A stretch of 59,558 nt of DNA, filler included. It is 7 parts of 7 records of this genome, joined end to end, with 100 filler letters (N's around TTAATTAATTAA, not from the genome) between each part and the next. Parts side by side here need not be neighbours in the genome. Positions count along the whole stretch, not along the records: positions 1 to 7,413 come from SRR31147125_12716; positions 7,514 to 12,893 come from SRR31147125_12719; 5 more parts are not named here. One strand, given 5' to 3'. A program made the position numbers and the translations under genes. Positions 1 through 7,684 of this stretch are shown here, in pieces. Under the pieces are notes generated by a model. It saw only the letters and a program-made list of their open reading frames with translations, made no database searches and was not told the DNA's origin. The first letter of the stretch is position 1; every line of letters starts with the position of its first letter.

Positions 1-1
1 C

Positions 2-124
2 AGCGGATATATAGAGCTCGATCACAGTACCTACGAGGGAACTCTGGAGGAGATGGATTGGGAAAAAGTTGAACTTTGGCGAATGTATTTGGACTGCTAC
101 AACATGGCAATGAGTAATAAATAA
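2..124 (+). CDS. 3' end of a small phage gene, possibly a tail assembly chaperone (partial)
   Basis: Open frame from the contig edge, SGYIELDHSTYEGTLEEMDWEKVELWRMYLDCYNMAMSNK*. Function is inferred only from its position directly upstream of the tape measure gene. Confidence 0.4.
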   Translation, partial: SGYIELDHSTYEGTLEEMDWEKVELWRMYLDCYNMAMSNK

Positions 125-166
125 AAATATTGAGTATTGAATAAAAATATAGAAAGGGGGAAATTT

Positions 167-1993
167 ATGGATATTGTGATTAATATAAGTGGTATTGATG
201 AGATGATAGATGAGCTTGAAAAGGTTGAAAAGGAGATAACTAAACTTCAATCTCTTTTTAAAGTTTTAAACTCTCAGTTAGTGAGTAATTTCAAATCAAT
301 ATCAGCTGCGGCAGTGAAAATGAGAAACGATACAATTAAAGAGATCAACCATGTGTTTAAAGCGATCCAGAGTTTGATTACAGTTACATCAAATTTTAGA
401 AAAAGTATAGAAGAGTTAGGTAAAAATTCACCAAAACACCTAGGAAAGATAGAAACTATTTTTGGTAAACTAAGTGAGCAAATGATATTAAAAACTAATT
501 TAATCAGTGAAAATTGGGTTACGAGTATTTCGAAAATGAAAGAGGAGTTATTGGGATTAGCAAAAACAGTTTCAGAAGACACAAAGCTAAACTTATTATT
601 TTCAGATGAAAAGACAATAACAAAAGAAATGTTAATAAACTGTAAGATTAATTCTGCGGGCGGAACTTCAGAAATGACAAAAGCTCAGTTTAACGATCAA
701 GCTGACAAGTTAAAAGATTTGGAAGAAACAGCAGTTGAATCGATTATAAGTGAGATACCATTTAGTGGTTTGGTTGAAAATGTTAGTTCAATTGCATATG
801 TTGAAACGCTTAAATTTATTTCCAAAAGAACTGGAGAAGATACCGGGGAAGTTGAGAAAAAAATTAGTGAAGGTTTTGATATTTTAAAGCAAAAGTTAAA
901 AAATTTATTTATCGATAAGGAAAAAAATGATGAGATGTCTGTTCAAGAAAAAATGAAGTTGGGAATTCCAATATTAGATAATGCATATGTTGAAGAGATC
1001 TCATCTAAAAACGAGTTATTAACAGATTCAATGGATAGATTAAATGAAACAATTAATAAAATTAACGAAAATGACTTGAGTTATTTAAAAGGAGATTACT
1101 ACTCTGGAGGGGCTGTAGGATCAGGTTTTGCTATAGGAGGTTTCACTGGAACTGGCGGAAAGTATACACCAGCGGGAATCGTCCATAAGGGAGAATATGT
1201 GCTCAACCAAGAGATGGTAAGAGGAATGCCAGGTGTAGTCTCTTGGCTCGAAGGAGTTAGAACTGGAAAGATTAAGGGTTACTCTGATGGGGGAATGGCT
1301 GATTTTAGTATGATTAGTAATTCTTTTGTGGTAGATAAATCCGCAAACAAAGTTGCGTATAGTTTAATGACTTTAAAAGAAAAGATTGATCTATTTATTA
1401 ATCAAAAACCTTATCAAAATGAAAGAGCTGGAAAAATATTCTTTAAAGCAGAAGAGCAAGCAAATAAATTTTCTGAAAAATTGAAAAAAGCGGGAACAGC
1501 TCTTGAAAGTGATTTTCTAAATGGGATGTCAACAATGGTTTCTTCTGTTGGAAATATAATGAATTCCATGGGGAATTTTAAAAAAGCAGGAGGTTCGTTT
1601 TCTAATTTACTTGGAAATTTTACTAATTTAGGTATGCTTCAAGCTGGAATGGGAGTAGTTGGGGCAGTGAGCAGCGCCATTGATATTTTTGGAGGACTAG
1701 TGAGTACTGAAGAAGAAACTAACTCTATAAACGCTGAAACTGATGCTGAATGGGAAAAACAAAATAATATACTTAGTGATATAAATGAGAATATTAAATC
1801 AGCTTCAGAAGGATTAGCAGAGGTATTTACTAATACATTATCTCAAGTAATTAATAAAGGGACAACGAATTCAAACATTAATCAAGCAAAAGATGAGCTT
1901 AGTGGAATAATGAAAAGAGCTTATAGTAAAAGAGATTTTGGTAATCTTTCATTTACATGGCAAGAAAAAGAAAAAATTCTTACGAGGAACTGA
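167..1993 (+). CDS. Phage tail tape measure protein, N-terminal part (frameshifted near 1965-1977)
   Basis: RBS AAAGGGGG before ATG 167. Coiled-coil-like sequence with the lambdoid TMP motif FAIGGFTGTGGKYTPAGIVHKGEYV...GYSDGG and Gly/Ala/Ser-rich helices. Confidence 0.8.
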   Translation: MDIVINISGIDEMIDELEKVEKEITKLQSLFKVLNSQLVSNFKSISAAAVKMRNDTIKEINHVFKAIQSLITVTSNFRKSIEELGKNSPKHLGKIETIFGKLSEQMILKTNLISENWVTSISKMKEELLGLAKTVSEDTKLNLLFSDEKTITKEMLINCKINSAGGTSEMTKAQFNDQADKLKDLEETAVESIISEIPFSGLVENVSSIAYVETLKFISKRTGEDTGEVEKKISEGFDILKQKLKNLFIDKEKNDEMSVQEKMKLGIPILDNAYVEEISSKNELLTDSMDRLNETINKINENDLSYLKGDYYSGGAVGSGFAIGGFTGTGGKYTPAGIVHKGEYVLNQEMVRGMPGVVSWLEGVRTGKIKGYSDGGMADFSMISNSFVVDKSANKVAYSLMTLKEKIDLFINQKPYQNERAGKIFFKAEEQANKFSEKLKKAGTALESDFLNGMSTMVSSVGNIMNSMGNFKKAGGSFSNLLGNFTNLGMLQAGMGVVGAVSSAIDIFGGLVSTEEETNSINAETDAEWEKQNNILSDINENIKSASEGLAEVFTNTLSQVINKGTTNSNINQAKDELSGIMKRAYSKRDFGNLSFTWQEKEKILTRN

Positions 1994-3401
1994 GAGAAGA
2001 AGACATGTTGAAACTTTTGGAATGAATGATGCACTCAAAAATTTGGGAATTGGTGGAGATATTAGCAAAGTTAATTTAAATGAATTATCTAAAATTAGTA
2101 ATAGTTTAAAAAACACATCTTTAAAAGATATAGAAAACAAACTGAAAAGAGGAAAGCTATCTAAACTAAGTTTTGCCCAATCGCTAGGAACAGTTTTTGG
2201 AGGGAGTAGCTGGAAATTTGACGGAGTAAAGTCTAGTAATTTTAAGGCTGTTGCTAAAAATATAGATGAGTATATTTCGATGATAAAAAAAGCCCAAAAA
2301 GAGCTTAAAGACTTTTATGTTAATGCAACTCTTGGAGATTTTGAGGGTATGAATGTTCAATCAGTTGACACGGTTAAAGAGCAATTGAAAGCTGATTATG
2401 AGAAGTCAGGAATTGAGATTACTGCTGAAGTTGATAGAGAGCTTGATAAACTTGCCCAAAAGAAAGCGATTCAAGAAACTATGAGTTCACAAGTTAGAAG
2501 TGGAATGGTTACTGGTCTTGCTCAGGGAATGGATTCTATGGACATAATTGGTGATCAAATGAGTTCATATTTTTCTGGGATGTTTAGTAATATTTCAAAA
2601 GCATTTTATGATACTCAAATGAGCGATTTTAATGATAGTATATCTGATTTCTATATTAAGTTTAATACAGATTTAGCAAATGCAAAGCAAAATGGAGTAA
2701 ATATTTTTGATTTTGCGGAAGGTTATGATTACTCTAGTGTACTAAGTACCGCTATGTCACTTGAAAATACAAATAATGAAATAGATACAGTATTTAACGA
2801 AATAAGAAAACAAGCTGAGGCAATGGGGCTTGATAACACTTTAATTAACACAATGCTACCAAATGATGAAATTTCTAAAAAAGCTAAATCATTAACGGAA
2901 TCTTTTGAATCAAGTTTTTCAAGTATATTTGAAACAATGGATTTTTCTAAATTTGAAAGTAGCCTAGGTGAAACAATATTTAATACAATTAAAACTCAAG
3001 CAATTCAAGCATTTATGGAGTCCGCTAAAATAGAGAGTAAAATGACAGACTATATTGGACTTTTAGAAGAAGGAAAGACAGAAGAAGCCCAAACTTTGAT
3101 GAAAAATTTAGTTGTAGAAGCTAAAGTAGGGTATGAAAACATATCTCAAGCTCTAGAATTAGCGGAGCAAGATATTAGAGCTTCAGGACTTGATGTTGAC
3201 TCACAATCTGTTAGTAGTTCAACAATCGAATCAAACCAAAGTTACTATACACCTACATCTGGATCACAAAGTTCAACAAGTAGTGGTACGGTAACGAATG
3301 TAAATGTGTACGTTCAGAATGGCAATTACTATATGACTCAGGATGAATTAATAACCCAAATTAGAGAAGGAATAAAGAAAGCAGAAGGAGGAGAGGTATA
3401 A
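1938..3401 (+). CDS. Phage tail tape measure protein, C-terminal part
   Basis: Removing one A from CAAGAAAAAGAAAAAATTC joins the two ORFs as ...TWQEKKKFLRGTERRRHVETF. Ends in the TMP-like Ser/Thr-rich linker and VTNVNVYVQNG. Confidence 0.72.
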   Translation: MVIFHLHGKKKKKFLRGTERRRHVETFGMNDALKNLGIGGDISKVNLNELSKISNSLKNTSLKDIENKLKRGKLSKLSFAQSLGTVFGGSSWKFDGVKSSNFKAVAKNIDEYISMIKKAQKELKDFYVNATLGDFEGMNVQSVDTVKEQLKADYEKSGIEITAEVDRELDKLAQKKAIQETMSSQVRSGMVTGLAQGMDSMDIIGDQMSSYFSGMFSNISKAFYDTQMSDFNDSISDFYIKFNTDLANAKQNGVNIFDFAEGYDYSSVLSTAMSLENTNNEIDTVFNEIRKQAEAMGLDNTLINTMLPNDEISKKAKSLTESFESSFSSIFETMDFSKFESSLGETIFNTIKTQAIQAFMESAKIESKMTDYIGLLEEGKTEEAQTLMKNLVVEAKVGYENISQALELAEQDIRASGLDVDSQSVSSSTIESNQSYYTPTSGSQSSTSSGTVTNVNVYVQNGNYYMTQDELITQIREGIKKAEGGEV

Positions 3402-6400
3402 ATGAGTGTATCACTTAATTTTAGAAATGCTTCATATGATGAAGCGAATAATACAAAGCATAACTATACCTTTTATTCAAACCTTGGCATAGATTTGTAT
3501 GATTATTTGGTTGGAAGAGAGTTTACTATTAAAGATTTGATTCAAACTAAAGATGGGAAGCTGACACCAAATTCAGCTTCTCTAAAATTTGAATTTCAAG
3601 ATATTGAGCGAGTAAAAGCAAATATCCTAGAGATGGAAATGGATTCTGAAATCTTGATTCAAAGTGAAATGGAAAAATTTAACTCATGGAACTTCATATC
3701 GCCTTTATGGCTAGAAACATCTCTTCCATATACTAGGATAATACAGAAAGGTGATGAGTTTCATATCTCCGATCTGTATAATTTGGAATCTCACCAATTT
3801 GCAACACTTATAGTAGATGAGATAAAACCCTCTTTTTCAGCTACTAAAATAGGTCTCGATGTAACACTGAAGGATAAAACAGCAATAGCTTACGAGAAAA
3901 AATTTGAAAAAGATATTGTTTATCAAAATCTTGACATTTGTAATACAGCTCAAACTGAAATATCTGCCATGCACATTTTGGCAAAATATCTTCCTTTCGG
4001 TGAAAGTGAGCTTGATTTTGATGATCTCACGACACCTGATGGCAGTGAACATTTGAAACTTTCATTTTTATACTGCAAAAAGGGAACAAACATAATAGAA
4101 AAAATAGCTGAAGTAGCTAGAGCAGGTTCATGTAGCCAGTTTAAGGTTACCAATGAAGAGTTAATAGTAAGAGGCGCTTTTGCTGTTAATGCAAATGAGA
4201 GTTACACATTTGACGATACCAATATACTTGGAGAGATTCAGGAAGAGCTTATTAAGAAAACAGGGGACACTTTTCAGCTTGATTATGATAAATATTGGTA
4301 CGGAGATGAACAGATAGTTTTTGCACTAATAGGGACATCATCAACTGCAACTGAAACAAATGCAAAGATAAAACTAGAGCCAGGAGCAGTAGCAAATTAT
4401 AAGGTGAAATTTATAACGGATTTGATAAAGGAGTATAACTCTACACCTGAAATTGAGATGACAGATGCTGATGGAAATTCTGTAATGGTTGATTATACAC
4501 TTGACATAGATTTGTCAGGGGGGACATTAAAATTAGAAAATAAACTTGATAAAAACGTTTGGATAAATAAGTTTATCATTAGAGGTATACCTCTGAATTG
4601 CCAGTCGGGAAACTCTACTAAAGTAACAGGTGAAGCTGATGAAAATCCATTAGTTGAAACAAACGAATCAGTTCAAAATACAAAAACAGCAGAACTGTTT
4701 GCTAAATGGAATCACTATATTAAGTGTAGAGATTGGGTACAGTTGAGCTTTAATACAAATGTCAGCACATGGCTTGAGGCAGGTAGGATAGTAAAGCTGA
4801 ATCACGGTAAGTATTCAGACGAAGAAAGAACACTATGGATTCAGGAAGTAACTCACAACCCTAATTCTGCAGCAGTTAGAGCATTTATATATCAGGAGTT
4901 TGAAGTTTCGCAAGCTGATTACACAAATGAGGAAACAAGTACAGCAAACTATGATTTTTTATCAACTAAGGATTATATAGATAATAATGCGGTTACGCTT
5001 AATGACGAAATTCCAGAGATGCCAATGTTTGAACTAGTTGCTAGTTTTAATTCATTTGAAATAGTTCCAACAAAGCCAAGTGATAAAAATATAAAAGGCT
5101 ATAAAGCCTATATCACTGGAAACGGAGTTGATAAAGAGGTTTTCTTTACAACGACAACTAAGACAATCCGAGCATTTCAAGGTGTTGAGTATACAGTACA
5201 GTTAACATGTATAACATATAATGAAGTGGAGAGCTTAAAGGCAGAAGAGCAGAAAGTTGTTCCGTTAAAAGTTGAAATGTCTAGTATAGAAGGTTTAACG
5301 GAAATCAAATCAGAGTTAAATAATGTAATAAAAAAAGATATTAGTGACGTGATGACTTCAATCGGTTTGCTCGAAGATCAATCAGAAAAAAATAAAGATA
5401 ATATTTATAACGTAATTAAAGATGGAGGAACCATTGATCAATTAAATACTGGTTTAACTGATATAACAAAACAGGGAGGAATATTAGAAGAATCCAGGGA
5501 TGCAGCTATTAGTTCTGTTAAAAATGACTTGGAACCAGAAATATTACTTACTAAAAAAGAGGTATTCGGTGATGAAGAATCGGGAAAGTTAGGTTTAAAG
5601 GAAACTGTATTTGGAGAAGATGGAACTGGTGGAATCAAAGCATCAGTAACTACTTTGGAAGTAGCTGTAAATGATACCAAAAATGGATTAAAGAAAAGGT
5701 TAAAACAAGTTGAGTTAGACGTCAATGGAGATGAAGGTATTACATCAAAAGTTAAAGCACTTGAATACGATTTCGACACCGAAAATGAAGATGGTAAATT
5801 TGCTAAATACCAAACATCTATTGAAGAGATTACAAAAAATTATATTAGAAACACAGTTGGTATTAATGCTATGAGTGTCAATATGGATAGCTTAAGTATG
5901 GACGATACTTGGTGGAACGAGCACGATCTAGATGATCCGTTTTGGGATGGTATCTCAATAATTTCGATGTATGCTATGCAGGAAATAACTGCTGAGCATT
6001 TCTTGAGTGAAGTTAAGAAAGTTACGACTGAGCTAGGAGAGCAATCAACTGTTATTCAGCAGACTTCTGAGGATATTTTACTTGCTGTAAAAAAAGATGA
6101 AGTTGTTTCCGCGATTAATTTAGACAGTACTGGAATTAAAATAAAGGGAAGTAGAATAGAGGTTGGAGATGGATTAATCGTTGAAGGTGATAAAGTTAAA
6201 CTTGGAAATGTTACAGCGGATCATTTTTTTGGTAAAAAAGTTGAGGGACTAGAATTTATTTCGGAAAATTCTGAACAAACAGAAAGAGTTATAATAAATT
6301 CAGGAAAAGTTGTACGGGAGAAAAAAGATAGTTTTGGAGATTATCAAGTGGTAGAAAAACTTGTAAAAATGAAAAAGGAATATCAACATGTAGAGGAGAT

Positions 6401-6416
6401 TGGTCTTTGCCAGTAG
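3402..6416 (+). CDS. Large phage tail-tip/baseplate-hub and fibre protein
   Basis: Abuts the TMP (TAA ATG, RBS GGAGAGG). N-terminal hub-like region, FnIII-like segment (NIKGYKAYI...GVEYTVQLTCI), coiled coil, and a segment typical of siphovirus tail fibres (IQQTSEDILLAVKKDEVVSAINLDSTGIKIKG). Confidence 0.72.
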   Translation: MSVSLNFRNASYDEANNTKHNYTFYSNLGIDLYDYLVGREFTIKDLIQTKDGKLTPNSASLKFEFQDIERVKANILEMEMDSEILIQSEMEKFNSWNFISPLWLETSLPYTRIIQKGDEFHISDLYNLESHQFATLIVDEIKPSFSATKIGLDVTLKDKTAIAYEKKFEKDIVYQNLDICNTAQTEISAMHILAKYLPFGESELDFDDLTTPDGSEHLKLSFLYCKKGTNIIEKIAEVARAGSCSQFKVTNEELIVRGAFAVNANESYTFDDTNILGEIQEELIKKTGDTFQLDYDKYWYGDEQIVFALIGTSSTATETNAKIKLEPGAVANYKVKFITDLIKEYNSTPEIEMTDADGNSVMVDYTLDIDLSGGTLKLENKLDKNVWINKFIIRGIPLNCQSGNSTKVTGEADENPLVETNESVQNTKTAELFAKWNHYIKCRDWVQLSFNTNVSTWLEAGRIVKLNHGKYSDEERTLWIQEVTHNPNSAAVRAFIYQEFEVSQADYTNEETSTANYDFLSTKDYIDNNAVTLNDEIPEMPMFELVASFNSFEIVPTKPSDKNIKGYKAYITGNGVDKEVFFTTTTKTIRAFQGVEYTVQLTCITYNEVESLKAEEQKVVPLKVEMSSIEGLTEIKSELNNVIKKDISDVMTSIGLLEDQSEKNKDNIYNVIKDGGTIDQLNTGLTDITKQGGILEESRDAAISSVKNDLEPEILLTKKEVFGDEESGKLGLKETVFGEDGTGGIKASVTTLEVAVNDTKNGLKKRLKQVELDVNGDEGITSKVKALEYDFDTENEDGKFAKYQTSIEEITKNYIRNTVGINAMSVNMDSLSMDDTWWNEHDLDDPFWDGISIISMYAMQEITAEHFLSEVKKVTTELGEQSTVIQQTSEDILLAVKKDEVVSAINLDSTGIKIKGSRIEVGDGLIVEGDKVKLGNVTADHFFGKKVEGLEFISENSEQTERVIINSGKVVREKKDSFGDYQVVEKLVKMKKEYQHVEEIGLCQ

Positions 6417-7009
6417 ATTTTAGGCAGTATAACTCTGAAAATGTAAAATGGGGAGATGTAGATTATATTGCATTTATTACTTCACAAAATAATATTAATT
6501 CAGGAGAGGAGTCTATAGAGTTAAGAGAAGACTACAATTCGGACACACAAACAGTTAAATTTAAAATAGTTGGTGGAGTTTGGAATCTAACTAATCAAAC
6601 AATTGCGAATAACTGGGCAAATGATACTATAATAATTGAGAATTGTAAAGAAATCGATTTGAACTATGTTTTGCAGGGAAAAGTTTATGAAAGTTTGTCA
6701 AAAACATTAGTAGGGCTTTATTTTAGTGAAACCGTAAGATTATATTTAAAAATAAACAATAATCCAGAAGAATTAATAGTTACAACCAAGAATGTAAATG
6801 GCTTATTAGGTAATTTAGTTAGAGAATTTTCAGAAGCATCTAGAGTTAGGATAAGAAAAGAATTTGGCGGAGAGTATGATGGGGGCGGTAGATACTTCAA
6901 AAGAGGAGAAAGATCAGTAACATTGACGGGAAATGCAAAAGTTGGTCAATTTATTAATGATCAGGCTTTAGACGGTGTAGTTTCTTGGTTAATGATTGCA
7001 AACTCATAA
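6407..7009 (+). CDS. Phage tail-associated beta-rich protein, or C-terminal domain of the preceding protein via a -1 shift
   Basis: 200-aa ORF overlapping the previous stop. Its frame stays open upstream through ATGAAAAAGGAA (6369-6380), giving KMKKGISTCRGDWSLPVDF. Confidence 0.55.
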   Translation: MPVDFRQYNSENVKWGDVDYIAFITSQNNINSGEESIELREDYNSDTQTVKFKIVGGVWNLTNQTIANNWANDTIIIENCKEIDLNYVLQGKVYESLSKTLVGLYFSETVRLYLKINNNPEELIVTTKNVNGLLGNLVREFSEASRVRIRKEFGGEYDGGGRYFKRGERSVTLTGNAKVGQFINDQALDGVVSWLMIANS

Positions 7010-7017
7010 TTAAGAAG

Positions 7018-7188
7018 GTGATTAAAATACAAAACATAAAACAACAACTTAACAATGAATTTAACCAATTTGCTACTCAAATGAAGTTATCTGAATATCA
7101 ATTGGCTGCTTTAAATCTATTATTTAACAAAACTGTTAAATTAATAGAAAATAGTGAAGAGACAGAAAAAGTTGATTTTAGTGAGTAG
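7018..7188 (+). CDS. Small hypothetical protein
   Basis: Short helical ORF right after the tail genes; start codon uncertain (GTG 7018). Confidence 0.4.
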   Translation: MIKIQNIKQQLNNEFNQFATQMKLSEYQLAALNLLFNKTVKLIENSEETEKVDFSE

Positions 7189-7241
7189 TGGCATAAATTA
7201 TAAGATTATAGAAGAAAAATAGAAACAAGCAAAAATAAATC

Positions 7242-7291
7242 AGGCTGACTGAAAAGCATCAATAATAAAAAATAGACTTTTCGGTCAGCCT
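7242..7291. repeat. 15-bp inverted repeat (IS-end-like or terminator hairpin)
   Basis: AGGCTGACTGAAAAG (7242-7256) and CTTTTCGGTCAGCCT (7277-7291), 14/15 complementary, with a 20-nt AT-rich spacer. Confidence 0.6.
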
Positions 7292-7377
7292 CAGTTCAAA
7301 TAAACTTTTATGGGCGTGATTCCCCTTATCGATTAAGGTTTAGAGGGAAAATCTAAAAAGAAGGAGAAATATAAAAT

Positions 7378-7413
7378 ATGGGAAAAATATCAGATGAATT
7401 TAATAAAGAGTTT
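7378..7413 (+). CDS. 5' end of an unidentified gene (truncated by contig end)
   Basis: Strong RBS AAGGAG, then ATG GGA AAA ATA TCA GAT GAA TTT..., open to the contig edge. Confidence 0.4.
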
Positions 7414-7513
7414 NNNNNNNNNNNNNNNNNNNNNNNNNNNNNNNNNNNNNNNNNNNNTTAATTAATTAANNNNNNNNNNNNNNNNNNNNNNNNNNNNNNN
7501 NNNNNNNNNNNNN
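7414..7513. other. Artificial contig spacer
   Basis: N44-TTAATTAATTAA-N44 (stops in all six frames); composition changes abruptly across it. Confidence 0.98.
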
Positions 7514-7515
7514 TA

Positions 7516-7626
7516 CAACCGCTTCCCATGGCCCAGCAGGGCAATGCCATTTATGAGGAGATAAAAAAATACCAGGGCAACGAAAAACGCCGGGATGACG
7601 TATCTGCCATTGGGTTCAAAATATAG
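7516..7626 (+). CDS. C-terminus of a SpoIIE/PP2C-family phosphatase (partial; not in ORF track)
   Basis: QPLPMAQQGNAIYEEIKKYQGNEKRRDDVSAIGFKI*, with the RRDD PP2C motif, closely matching the C-terminus of the convergent gene. Confidence 0.8.
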   Translation, partial: QPLPMAQQGNAIYEEIKKYQGNEKRRDDVSAIGFKI

Positions 7627-7684
7627 TACCCAAAGGAGTCGATCCAACTCTGGGACTGGGGGGACTGGGAATTAACCATATAGG

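Noticed and set aside
1960..1993. Programmed frameshift or TGA readthrough in the tape measure gene
   Set aside because: More stops follow in frame, so there is no readthrough or recoding. The needed shift is +1 in an A-run, and the known tail-chaperone frameshift occurs upstream of the TMP. A sequencing indel is simpler.
3402..7413. Diversity-generating retroelement or shufflon acting on the tail gene
   Set aside because: No reverse transcriptase, invertase or template/variable repeat pair is visible in the contig.
7458..7469. TTAATTAATTAA palindrome recurring six times
   Set aside because: Always centred in 88 Ns; it is an assembly linker, not a biological repeat.
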